DNA of 27,632 nt from a virus (IMGVR_UViG_3300038318_000481:1-27632); one strand, 5' to 3'; shown: positions 10,852 to 19,481, counted from the stretch's first letter. A program made the numbers and translations. The notes: a model not told the origin generated them from the letters alone.

Positions 10852-11034
10852 TGTCCCGCTGCTGTCCCGGCAATTCTTGTCAAACATGCCTCAAATGCAG
10901 TCCTATGGCGGGTTTCAGGGTTAAAATGTCGGGATGAGGTGATTCTATTTTTCAACTTTTTGGGAGTTAATTGTTTATATATCATATATTTAGCTTTGCA
11001 TTTTTGTACATTTTAGTCCCGTTTGTAGTCCCGG
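10852..11034 (+). repeat. Putative integrase arm-binding direct repeats flanking the att core
   Basis: Two tandem pairs of GTCCCG, at 10853/10864 and 11016/11028, one pair on each side of the core. Each second copy reads GTCCCGGC. Confidence 0.6.
10928..10945 (-). other. attP core: copy of a tRNA-Pro 3' end (GAATCACCTCATCCCGAC)
   Basis: Minus strand reads part of the T-loop (GAAT), T-stem 3' half (CACCT), acceptor 3' strand (CATCCCG), discriminator A and C. This is complementary to the CGGGATG 5' end typical of tRNA-Pro. The rest of the tRNA is absent. About 140 bp upstream of int. Confidence 0.8.
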
Positions 11035-11332
11035 CCCCGACGAAACCCCCGACAAAAAAAGTGCTGTTTATCAACATCATTTGACTTTAATTTTAAATAA
11101 AACCATTATCATTTCATAATTTCGACAAAAAAATGGGCTGAATTCGTTAAATAGATGACAGATCCTCTCCAATACACTTGGAGCTTAAAATTCAAAATTC
11201 TTTGTGCGTGGAGGAAACGTTGAAGATTGCGGACTTCGTTCATATCCGCCAACACAAAAGCCGATGCGTGGTGGATTACTTGATTTAACTACTTAAATAC
11301 AAATGTTTTATAAACAAACTTGAGCAAAGTTG

Positions 11333-11539
11333 TTATTCTATAATCTTAGGAGAATCAATTATCCTTTTCGAGTCATCAGGTAGAATGTGATATTCAATCA
11401 ATAAATTATTTTTAATAAGACTCGCTTGTGAATTAATATCGGAAGTATTGACAATAACACTCGGATAACTACTACTATTTGATGAACAATTGTAGTTAAC
11501 TAAGTTATTAAATCTTGTATTTTTTACTAAAGTATCCAT
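11333..11539 (-). CDS. Small Asn/Ser-rich hypothetical protein (about 68 aa; ATG 11539 preferred over TTG 11548)
   Basis: Directly downstream of and co-oriented with the SDH protease gene. Confidence 0.45.
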   Translation of the reverse strand: MDTLVKNTRFNNLVNYNCSSNSSSYPSVIVNTSDINSQASLIKNNLLIEYHILPDDSKRIIDSPKIIE

Positions 11540-11560
11540 AGTTTGCAAATATATATATTT

Positions 11561-12580
11561 TTATTCATGTTTCCAACCTTCAAATTTTCTTTGGTCTTCA
11601 ATTACAACTTGTTGAATTGGCGGAATATTTGGTGCTTGTTGAATAACCTGAATATTCCTTAACAAAGTACCTTCACTTACAAAAACGTCAGTTCCACCAG
11701 AAATACTCTCAATTAATGCCCTTCGACAACTATAATCAGCTTGGTTATTATTACCCAAAATAATATTTGAATCAAATGCTTTTTTTAACTCAAATTCATT
11801 TTGAATATCGGTAAATGTGTCTTTGATAATCTGATAAAACTCATCATTTGGTTTTTCTATGTTAAGTCCAAGTTCTTCTTTAGCTTCTCTACGATATATC
11901 GTATAATCATGGCTACCTGAATCACTGCACAAGAAAGCAATTATTTTGTCAATTTGCTTCTTGTCACTAATTTGTTTTGATAGCAACTTTCTTGCTAACA
12001 TTTGAATTTGAGTTCTTGAACGATAAACATCACCCAAAACTAAAGGATGAACCTGATTTGATAATCCAATCAAAATGTTTGCGATACTTTCAGTATCTTT
12101 AATATTTAGGTCTTTTTTGGCAAGTTCAAAATATCCTTTTATTGACTCAACACTCACTGGAAGTCGGGCTTGGGGATTATTTGGTACTTGCGGATTTTGA
12201 GGATTAAGCGGGCCATTTAAACTCGGGTCAATCGGACCCAATGTTGCTTGCTTTGTCATTATAATCGTATTCGCACCTAATGAAATCAAAGTCCCCGAAC
12301 TATGAGCTTTCGAAGGAATAAGAACTTCAAATTCATCACAAAACTGTCGAATCAAATTTGTCAAACTCCAAGCAGCTAAAGTATTACCACCTCGAGTATA
12401 TAAAAGTAAAGTTATTTTCTTTTCCTTTTTGAAGTTATCCAAATGATTAATAAAATAATCGAGTACTTCAGAGTGAATTTGTGTTTCAAATCCAGGTCTA
12501 TCACCAGTTATGTAAACTAATAGTTTTGAATTTCTAAGATTCTCAATCTTTTTATAATTCTCTATCCTGTCTTTAAACAT
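11561..12580 (-). CDS. SDH-family (serine dehydrogenase proteinase, ClpP/crotonase-like) protease
   Basis: LLLYTRGG, AHSSGTLISLGA (Ser), LGPIDP (Asp) and SHDYTI (His) occur in the S-D-H order that defines the family. Confidence 0.85.
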   Translation of the reverse strand: MFKDRIENYKKIENLRNSKLLVYITGDRPGFETQIHSEVLDYFINHLDNFKKEKKITLLLYTRGGNTLAAWSLTNLIRQFCDEFEVLIPSKAHSSGTLISLGANTIIMTKQATLGPIDPSLNGPLNPQNPQVPNNPQARLPVSVESIKGYFELAKKDLNIKDTESIANILIGLSNQVHPLVLGDVYRSRTQIQMLARKLLSKQISDKKQIDKIIAFLCSDSGSHDYTIYRREAKEELGLNIEKPNDEFYQIIKDTFTDIQNEFELKKAFDSNIILGNNNQADYSCRRALIESISGGTDVFVSEGTLLRNIQVIQQAPNIPPIQQVVIEDQRKFEGWKHE

Positions 12581-12619
12581 ATTGTTAATTTTTTTTAGTG
12601 AATCTTTTTACAATTTTAC

Positions 12620-12997
12620 CTAACTATTTCCTTTAGAATACTCAAGTAGATAAAAGTTTTCGAATCCATCTATAGGAAATAGGCTCTCCGCAACATAGTT
12701 TGCATCAAACATGTTGTTTATAAAACAATAAGACTTACCAATGACGAGATTCAACAAACCATCTTCGTTGTTTAAAACAACGTATCCATCAGCATGAAAA
12801 ACAATTTTTGTTCCATTACTTTTGTGTGAAAACATCAAGTTCATTACTTGGTGAACCCTGAGTACGTGAAATTCTTCCGTCTCAGCCTTAAGATAGAGAT
12901 TTATTGGTTGAAAAGAGTGTACCAAGTCCACTTCAATCGGACCTTCATGAATCGATTTTTTACTTTGTAGATCACGAATTACGACATCAATTACCAT
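12620..12997 (-). CDS. Hypothetical protein (accessory block)
   Basis: 125-aa ORF with ATG start, co-oriented between the repressor and the SDH protease. Confidence 0.6.
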   Translation of the reverse strand: MVIDVVIRDLQSKKSIHEGPIEVDLVHSFQPINLYLKAETEEFHVLRVHQVMNLMFSHKSNGTKIVFHADGYVVLNNEDGLLNLVIGKSYCFINNMFDANYVAESLFPIDGFENFYLLEYSKGNS

Positions 12998-13095
12998 AGT
13001 GTTTCATTTTTAAGGGTTAAACTTCATGTTTTATTTGACTGCAGACAAAAATTACACGATGTCTGCAACGTGAATTTCTTTTGGGAACAGTGGAA

Positions 13096-13494
13096 CTAGC
13101 TTGTCTTTTTTGCATGCGCAGTTAGCGCATCCTCCGCAATACCTCCCCCTTTTTTGGACAAATTTTCAATCGTTCGCTGTTGCGACTCAATAATTGTGAG
13201 TAATCTGTCTTCCATGGTAGAGGTGGTTTTCGTTTTTTTACTCCCGTCGTCTCCCGGATCGTCTTCGCTTTCTTTTTTCATTGATCCTTTTCCGGTAATC
13301 AACCATTCAGGATTTATCCAAACAAATGTTTCTAAAATTGCAACAAGCATATTGAAATTTGGGTTATTTCTTCTTAAATTTGAGACATACCTCACCGCTT
13401 GACCACTGAATCCGATCATTTCTCCGAATTTCTCAGCCTTGCCATCTGCCTCCTTTTCAACCAAATACAATATTCTTTCGAAAATATCGCTCAT
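13096..13494 (-). CDS. CI-like HTH repressor (no visible S24 peptidase domain)
   Basis: N-terminal XRE-type HTH ending INPEWLITGKGSM; short coiled-coil C-terminus (LLTIIESQQRTIENL). Divergent from a Cro-sized gene. Confidence 0.8.
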   Translation of the reverse strand: MSDIFERILYLVEKEADGKAEKFGEMIGFSGQAVRYVSNLRRNNPNFNMLVAILETFVWINPEWLITGKGSMKKESEDDPGDDGSKKTKTTSTMEDRLLTIIESQQRTIENLSKKGGGIAEDALTAHAKKTS

Positions 13495-13509
13495 ATTAAC
13501 ATTAATTAA

Positions 13510-13544
13510 TCAAACGTTTGTTTGCTTAATTCAAACACTTGTTT
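13510..13544. promoter_or_regulatory. Two putative operators (AAAC-N4-GTTT)
   Basis: TCAAACGTTTGTTT (13510-13523) and TCAAACACTTGTTT (13531-13544), 21 bp apart, overlapping the rightward promoter. Confidence 0.55.
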
Positions 13545-13552
13545 TATATTTG
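13521..13552 (+). promoter_or_regulatory. Rightward (lytic) Bacteroidota sigma70 promoter
   Basis: TTTG (13521-24), 20-nt spacer, TATATTTG (13545-52). Matches the -33/-7 consensus TTTG-N19-21-TAnnTTTG. Confidence 0.75.
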
Positions 13553-13572
13553 CAACGTTAAATAAGATAACG

Positions 13573-13580
13573 CAAAGGTA
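13573..13580 (-). promoter_or_regulatory. Leftward (lysogenic) promoter -7 element
   Basis: TACCTTTG on the minus strand, upstream of the repressor. The -33 element is weak (TTTA). Confidence 0.5.
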
Positions 13581-13642
13581 ACGGAAATACAACCGCCCGT
13601 AAATAGCAAAAATACGTCATTTTTATAAATAATTGTATCAAT

Positions 13643-13885
13643 ATGAGAAGTTTTTCATTCAAAAAAGGATTCAGTCAACTCCAATTCAAAGATGTTGGGG
13701 TGGCAAAAGCAAAAATCATGAAAGCCCTTGGCATTAAAACCAGGGCAGGTTGGAAGTACAGGATTGATGGAACTGTAGAGCCGAAGGTTACCGAGGCTGA
13801 AGTTATAGAGTCTATTTTTTCAGAATACGGTATCACTGAAGTTTGGGGAGAAGAATCTTATGAACCAACAAGCCCGGTTAACTAG
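13643..13885 (+). CDS. Cro-like small regulator
   Basis: 80 aa, basic, HTH-like (IMKALGIKTRAGWKYRIDG..EP). First gene of the rightward operon. Confidence 0.65.
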   Translation: MRSFSFKKGFSQLQFKDVGVAKAKIMKALGIKTRAGWKYRIDGTVEPKVTEAEVIESIFSEYGITEVWGEESYEPTSPVN

Positions 13886-14249
13886 CAGGGAGTGCGAGAT
13901 CGCGGAACTCTACGCCTGGGGAGCCGCGAAGAAAGAGATCGCTTCGCATCTCTTCATCTCCGAGCGAACCGTTGAAAACCATGTCCGTAACATCTATGAA
14001 AAAGTAGGTTGCCAGAAGGCAAACGAACTTTCAGCCTGGTGGTTCTGCACCCGATTCAACATAAGTTTTACACTCTCCCCACTTGCCGGCCGGCTAATCG
14101 CCATTTCCCTACTCGTTATTTTCGCGTATGGAGAGATCCGGGAGACATCGCAGATCACTCAACCAAGGAACAGGGAGAGAGCCAAGACAGAAAGAGTTTA
14201 CAACCGTGCACGCCGGCAGGCACGTGAAGAATATAGCATCGCCAATTAA
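13860..14249 (+). CDS. LuxR/GerE-type HTH protein with a hydrophobic segment
   Basis: LTSRECEIAELYAWGAAKKEIASHLFISERTVENHVRNIYEKVG is a canonical LuxR HTH. Confidence 0.85.
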   Translation: MNQQARLTSRECEIAELYAWGAAKKEIASHLFISERTVENHVRNIYEKVGCQKANELSAWWFCTRFNISFTLSPLAGRLIAISLLVIFAYGEIRETSQITQPRNRERAKTERVYNRARRQAREEYSIAN

Positions 14250-14256
14250 CTCAGCC

Positions 14257-14583
14257 ATGTACAACAATGTAAAAATCGAGATTAAATCTCAACAAATCGA
14301 GATTACCAAAACCGGAGGACAGTATATACTGCTACGTAAATTAAAGGAAAACAGCTATGTCGCCGAGTTCAGTGATCTTATCAATGAAACGGATATCCGC
14401 CGACTGGTAGATACCGGAGTAATAGAGATCATCAATATCGAGGAACGCATGCTCTTCATTGAAACACGCCGGTTCCACAGTACGGAAATGCTTTACCTTA
14501 TCCTTGCCGACTTATTAAATCACAAATCAATAAACATTAGCAACTATGAACAATCAACGCCGAAAACGACTGTCAAAAATTAA
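14257..14583 (+). CDS. Hypothetical phage protein (start moved to ATG 14257)
   Basis: ATG 7 nt after the previous stop avoids a long overlap; 108 aa. Confidence 0.6.
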   Translation: MYNNVKIEIKSQQIEITKTGGQYILLRKLKENSYVAEFSDLINETDIRRLVDTGVIEIINIEERMLFIETRRFHSTEMLYLILADLLNHKSINISNYEQSTPKTTVKN

Positions 14584-14725
14584 TGCCATTGACGATCCAA
14601 CCCGCGAAGAGGAAGATCAGGATTATAATCCACTTATCGATTTCATTCTGAACGTTGCATTCCTGTTTGTCTTCATCCTTTTTGCCGGATCATTATTTTT
14701 ACTTGCCTGGATAATAGAGGGGTAA
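14546..14725 (+). CDS. Small membrane protein (59 aa, not in the ORF track)
   Basis: MNNQRRKRLSKINAIDDPTREEEDQDYNPLIDFILNVAFLFVFILFAGSLFLLAWIIEG: one C-terminal TM helix. Fills the gap up to ATG 14728. Confidence 0.6.
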   Translation: MNNQRRKRLSKINAIDDPTREEEDQDYNPLIDFILNVAFLFVFILFAGSLFLLAWIIEG

Positions 14726-14727
14726 AC

Positions 14728-15048
14728 ATGTCGTCGATATTACAGGAAAACCGCCAAAGAATGGGCATGAAGCCTTTCTGGAAATATGTGGAACGGCTTT
14801 ACAGGAAGATACAGCTCATGCATCCGGGAGAATCACTCGTCATCGACGATACCGTCTCCGAAGAGAATAAAGAATTATTTACTGAACTCCTGAAGAACTT
14901 CATTTACATGCATCCGGGAGAATACCTTTTCAGCAATGACTATGCAAAATTTATCAAACAACAAGCAGACAGACTGGAGGAAGCACGAAAGATTCGTGAG
15001 AAACTGGGTCGGAAAACTTCCTCTGAAGGAAATAGCGCGGAGGCTTGA
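14728..15048 (+). CDS. Hypothetical phage protein
   Basis: 106-aa ORF tightly packed in the early operon. Confidence 0.6.
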   Translation: MSSILQENRQRMGMKPFWKYVERLYRKIQLMHPGESLVIDDTVSEENKELFTELLKNFIYMHPGEYLFSNDYAKFIKQQADRLEEARKIREKLGRKTSSEGNSAEA

Positions 15049-15346
15049 GGTGACGGAATACGACCTGAAGCTCTACATCCACCGCGAGCGGATCTTCCCG
15101 ATTAAAACCGATCACCGCAACCTGGCCTATGAAATTGTGAAGTTGAAATTCATCCATCCGGAATACTTCCGCCCGACAAAGAAGTTTTATAAGGCCACGG
15201 GTATGACGCAGCGCCAGTGGTGGTCGGCCTACCGGGGAGAAACAAAGCTCACCGATGAACAATACAAACGAATTAGCACACATCTCGGCGTTACGCTTGA
15301 GGAGGCGATCGAGTCGAGACAATTAACTTTTATAGAAACCGATTAA
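14936..15346 (+). CDS. Putative HTH DNA-binding protein
   Basis: Two HTH-like stretches: LKEIARRLEVT and FYKATGMTQRQWWSAYRGE...ISTHLGVTLEE. Confidence 0.6.
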   Translation: MTMQNLSNNKQTDWRKHERFVRNWVGKLPLKEIARRLEVTEYDLKLYIHRERIFPIKTDHRNLAYEIVKLKFIHPEYFRPTKKFYKATGMTQRQWWSAYRGETKLTDEQYKRISTHLGVTLEEAIESRQLTFIETD

Positions 15347-15358
15347 AAATTTAAAGAG

Positions 15359-15934
15359 ATGAACGAAATTCAGGTAGCAAAAATCAACGAAGTATCCATC
15401 ATCTGTCTCGAGGAAGACAGGGGTAAACTTATTCCGATCCGTCCGATTTGTGACGCTCTGGGTATCTCTGTGCAAAAGCAATTAGAGAAAATTAAAGAGG
15501 ATGAAGACCTATCTTCAACTGTAACCCTCAGGGTTATGGTTGCCGCCGATGGAAAAGACCGGGAAATGGCATGTTTGCCTATCGAATTTATCTTCGGTTG
15601 GCTTTTTACCATCAACCCGAAAAATGTAAAGCCGGAATCGCAGAACGCAGTTCGTCAATATCGGCTTCAATGTTACAAGGCTTTGTACGAATATTTCACC
15701 GAACCGCAGACGTTCCTCGCCCAGAAACAGCAGTTGATGGAACAGCAGGTTGAGATCTACCAGGAAAAACAGGCCAATTTCAAGAATGCGCGAAAAGAAA
15801 TGGACGAAGCCAAAAAAGCGCTTAATGCAGTGATGGCCGTAACTATCGACGAGTGGAGGCAAAACAAACGGCAACTTCAGATTCCATTTTCAACAGACGA
15901 AACAGTTAACCCGACGCAAGCTATCACTGCATAA
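15359..15934 (+). CDS. Phage antirepressor (P22 Ant N-terminal-like domain)
   Basis: IPIRPICDALGI...QLEKIK...AADGKDREMACLP...GWLFTINPKNVKPE...YRLQCYKALYEYF matches the P22_AR_N pattern. Confidence 0.85.
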   Translation: MNEIQVAKINEVSIICLEEDRGKLIPIRPICDALGISVQKQLEKIKEDEDLSSTVTLRVMVAADGKDREMACLPIEFIFGWLFTINPKNVKPESQNAVRQYRLQCYKALYEYFTEPQTFLAQKQQLMEQQVEIYQEKQANFKNARKEMDEAKKALNAVMAVTIDEWRQNKRQLQIPFSTDETVNPTQAITA

Positions 15935-15951
15935 ATATCCAACCATTTACA

Positions 15952-18900
15952 ATGACCGTACAAGAAAAAGATAAAGACCGCATCCTGCAGGTGGTGGAAG
16001 GCCGTTTGCTCGATGTGATTCAGGAAAACACGAAGTTGGCCCGCAGAGGGCAATCGTATCATGGACAATGTCCGAAATGCCAGGAGGTAAAGGGCTTTGA
16101 GTTTTCACCCAAGAAAAACATCTTCAAGTGCTTCAAGTGTGGCTTCGGAGGGAACTCGCCCATAAGCTTCTACATGGAGCTGGGACGCACCTATCCCGAA
16201 GCGCTTCAGGAACTGGCCCGTCAATTTAACATTACTATAGAGATGCCCGATGATCCCAAGCCGAAAAAGCCTGGAAAGAGTTATTGTTCACGCATGCTCG
16301 CCGATTCCGGGCTTACTGCCTCCGATGTCCAGGCAAAGGTATTCCATCCTACAGAATTCAAGACCACCACCGTATCACCGGTATTCCGTGCCGGCACAAT
16401 CAATTCGAGGAATGAAGTCGTCGATGGCGATGATGTCATCATCGAGTACTACGATCTTGAAGGTAATCCGGTAACCTATGAGCAGGTACTCAAGGGAAAG
16501 AACACCGGCAAGGTCAAGGAATATTTCCGTGTCCGCTGGCAATATCCGAACGAGCATCTGGACAAAAACGGGAAACCTTACAAGTATAAATCGCCGACCG
16601 GGAGCGGCTCCTTTTTGTACATCCCTCACAAGATCCGGGAGATCTACAAGTCCGGAGAGAAGATCCACCGGCTCTTTATCCAGGAGGGGGAAAAGAAAGC
16701 GGAGAAAGCCTGTAAACACGGAATCCCGTCGGTTGCCATCTCGGGCATTCACAACCTGGGGCGTAACGGGGTCCTGCATGAAGATCTTGTCCGACTCATT
16801 CAGGCTTGCGAAGTGAAAGAACTGGTATTGCTGTTTGATTCGGACTGGAACAATATCTCGAACAACATCGGCATCAACGATTTTGCCGACCAGCGTCCCC
16901 GCTCATTCTTTACAGCCGCCCGAAATTTCAAGGAATATTGTGTCCAGCTGCGTAATTCGCGCTCCATCTACCTGGAGATCCTGATCGGTCACGTGAATGA
17001 GAACGAGGCAGGCGACAAGGGTGTGGATGATCTGCTGGCCAACAGCCTAAAGGGAAAAGAGGATGAACTGAAAGAGGATATCGACTACCTGATCAACGAG
17101 CGCAGTCTTACGGGAAAATACCTGAGGTTGTATAAGGTAACCACCTGGAATGACGCCAAGCTGGCCGACATATGGTCATTGAATAATGCGACTGATTTTG
17201 CCAAGCTTCACAGGGCCATTTTAAAAGAGCTTCCGGAATTCAGGATTGGCAAGTACCGTTGGCGGTTCAATGACAAGGGAGAGATTGAGAGCGCGCAGCC
17301 CATCGAGCCGGAAGAGAGATACTGGGAGGAAATTGTAAAAACGGATCGTAATGGTGCATACGTTCGCACCGATTATCAATTCAGGTATGAGCGTAGTTAT
17401 CGTTTCCTGAACAATAGAGGTTTTTTCAGATTCGAAAAACCAGACAAAACATACGATTACATCCGTGTTGAACATCCATTTATTGACACAATCGAGGGTA
17501 CGGACAAGATCCGCGACTTTGTCAAGGATTTCACCCGTGAAATCGCCAACGAGGAGGTTTTGGAAATGCTTCACCGGGGTGGGCCTCAATATCTGGGTCC
17601 GGAAAAGCTGTCCAACCTGTCGTATTACAAACCAAACTTCGAAGATCCACGCCGGGACCGCCAACTGTTTTATTATCGCGATAATTTTTGGGAAGTAAAA
17701 GAGGATGGGATCAAAGAGATTGATTACACCTCGGTAACGCATCAGATCTGGGAAGATCAGGTGATTGATTTTTCAGCAAAGAAGACTGAGAGGCTTATCC
17801 ATGTTGAGAAAAACAAAGATGGAGACTTCAGTTACAAGTTATCCGGTGAGGGAGAGAAGAGTCATTTCCTGCAATTCCTGATCAATACGTCCAACTTCAC
17901 CTGGCGACTCGAGGAAAAGGGGGAAGAGATCAGTCAAGACGAGAAAAAGGAGAATGCTGCCCACCTTATCTCAAAGTTATGCTCCATCGGTTACATGCTC
18001 ATGACTGCCAAGGACAGGAGCGTGAGCCGTGCCGTGGTGGCCATGGACGGGAAACAGTCGGAGGTGGGGTTATCGAACGGCCGTTCCGGTAAATCAATCC
18101 TGGGCGAGATGTTCAAACACGTGCTGCCAACAATAAGCATCAACGGTAAGTACAAGGATATTGACGGAGATAATTTCCTGTGGGACGAAATGACGGTGAA
18201 AACGAAGATCGTCTTCATCGATGACGTTCGCACCAACTTCCCGTTTGAATTTCTCTTTGCCAACATCACCGGCGACTGGAGCGTGAACTACAAGGGAGGC
18301 CGCCGTGCTACATTTCCGTTTCACAGATCGCCAAAGATCTATATCACCACCAACCACGCTCTCAATGGGGAGGGTTCATCGTTCCATGACCGACAATGGA
18401 AAATTGCATTTTCCGATTTTTACAACGACAGCCATAAGCCGATCGATGATTTTGGAGTGCTTTTCTTCGACGAGTGGGATTTTGATCAGTGGAACCTGTT
18501 ATGGAACCTGTTGGCGGAATGTGTACAGCTATACCTGCGTTTTGGTGTCGTTCAGGCTCCATCCGACCGCATCGAGCAGCGGCAGCTCCGACAGTTCATG
18601 GGAGAGAACTTCCTTTCTTGGGCAGACGAATATTTCTCTGATGAAAACCGCCGAAATGAGCGTCTCGCTCGCCGCGAAATCTATGAGAACTTCATTGAAT
18701 ATGCTCCTGATCAGCGTAAGTTCACTACCCCATCCAACTTCAAGGTGAAGATCCGCAAGTACTGCGAATGGAAAGGGTACCTGTTTAACCCGCATAAGTA
18801 TGACGTGAAAACTGGGCTTTGCATGTTCTTCGATGCGGATGGACGTCCTGACGACAGCGACAAGACAAACGGGGTTGAATACTTCATGATCGGGGATGCC

Positions 18901-18993
18901 GATAAGTGGCGGGAAAAGCACGATGACAATGAGATTAATGATGTTGAAAAAGATATTTTACCATTTACACCAAACAATAAAAAGGAGTTTTAA
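15952..18993 (+). CDS. Fused primase-helicase (Zn finger, TOPRIM, P-loop helicase, C-terminal putative DNA-binding domain)
   Basis: CPKC...CFKC zinc finger; TOPRIM EGEKKA/FDSD/KGVDD; Walker A GRSGKS; Walker B VFIDD; motif C ITTN (SF3/D5-like). Confidence 0.88.
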   Translation: MTVQEKDKDRILQVVEGRLLDVIQENTKLARRGQSYHGQCPKCQEVKGFEFSPKKNIFKCFKCGFGGNSPISFYMELGRTYPEALQELARQFNITIEMPDDPKPKKPGKSYCSRMLADSGLTASDVQAKVFHPTEFKTTTVSPVFRAGTINSRNEVVDGDDVIIEYYDLEGNPVTYEQVLKGKNTGKVKEYFRVRWQYPNEHLDKNGKPYKYKSPTGSGSFLYIPHKIREIYKSGEKIHRLFIQEGEKKAEKACKHGIPSVAISGIHNLGRNGVLHEDLVRLIQACEVKELVLLFDSDWNNISNNIGINDFADQRPRSFFTAARNFKEYCVQLRNSRSIYLEILIGHVNENEAGDKGVDDLLANSLKGKEDELKEDIDYLINERSLTGKYLRLYKVTTWNDAKLADIWSLNNATDFAKLHRAILKELPEFRIGKYRWRFNDKGEIESAQPIEPEERYWEEIVKTDRNGAYVRTDYQFRYERSYRFLNNRGFFRFEKPDKTYDYIRVEHPFIDTIEGTDKIRDFVKDFTREIANEEVLEMLHRGGPQYLGPEKLSNLSYYKPNFEDPRRDRQLFYYRDNFWEVKEDGIKEIDYTSVTHQIWEDQVIDFSAKKTERLIHVEKNKDGDFSYKLSGEGEKSHFLQFLINTSNFTWRLEEKGEEISQDEKKENAAHLISKLCSIGYMLMTAKDRSVSRAVVAMDGKQSEVGLSNGRSGKSILGEMFKHVLPTISINGKYKDIDGDNFLWDEMTVKTKIVFIDDVRTNFPFEFLFANITGDWSVNYKGGRRATFPFHRSPKIYITTNHALNGEGSSFHDRQWKIAFSDFYNDSHKPIDDFGVLFFDEWDFDQWNLLWNLLAECVQLYLRFGVVQAPSDRIEQRQLRQFMGENFLSWADEYFSDENRRNERLARREIYENFIEYAPDQRKFTTPSNFKVKIRKYCEWKGYLFNPHKYDVKTGLCMFFDADGRPDDSDKTNGVEYFMIGDADKWREKHDDNEINDVEKDILPFTPNNKKEF

Positions 18994-18995
18994 TC

Positions 18996-19481
18996 ATGAA
19001 AACAAAAGAAAGTAATTTGACAGGGATAATAATCATCGGAGAATTATCTCGCATTTCCGAAATTATTAGAATGTTAGAAAATCCGATACAACCTGACATT
19101 GATGAAAAGAAACAGGCTCGCCAGTTCATGGGAGAGGTATTTCTCTCCTGGGCCGATGAATATTTCTCTGATGAATCCCACCGCAACGAACGCATTAAAA
19201 GGGGTGATCTTTATGAAAACTTTATCGAACATGCACCTGAACAATGCAAGTACACTCCTCAATCAAAATTTAAGGTAAATATCCGCAAGTACTGCGAATT
19301 CAGGGATTACCTTTTCAATCCGCATAGATATTTGACATCCAAATGTGGAGCCGGATTTGTAACGATCAATGAAGAATTAAATTTCTCTATCGATGACAAG
19401 GAAGCAGGAGTTGAATATTTCATGGTTGGGGATAAGAATGTATGGTTAAAAAATGAATCATATGAGGCACAGATGGATTGA
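18996..19481 (+). CDS. Stand-alone paralogue of the primase-helicase C-terminal domain
   Basis: 51/71 aa identical (hand count) to the segment encoded at 18589-18801, plus a shared GVEYFMxGD motif. Confidence 0.85.
   Translation: MKTKESNLTGIIIIGELSRISEIIRMLENPIQPDIDEKKQARQFMGEVFLSWADEYFSDESHRNERIKRGDLYENFIEHAPEQCKYTPQSKFKVNIRKYCEFRDYLFNPHRYLTSKCGAGFVTINEELNFSIDDKEAGVEYFMVGDKNVWLKNESYEAQMD

Noticed and set aside
10782-10985. 67-aa ORF upstream of int (possible xis or frameshift extension through the A9 run)
   Set aside because: It runs across the att core and arm repeats, would be split on integration, and has no recognisable motif.
10880-11000. Complete tRNA gene
   Set aside because: Only the 3' 18 nt match; there is no D arm, anticodon arm or 5' acceptor strand.
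13040-13067. TGCAGACA/TGTCTGCA inverted repeat after the repressor gene
   Set aside because: An 8-bp stem with no U-tract on the repressor strand; too weak to call a terminator or operator.
18589-19331. DGR template/variable repeat pair
   Set aside because: Differences involve all four bases and favour third codon positions rather than adenines; no reverse transcriptase is in the window.
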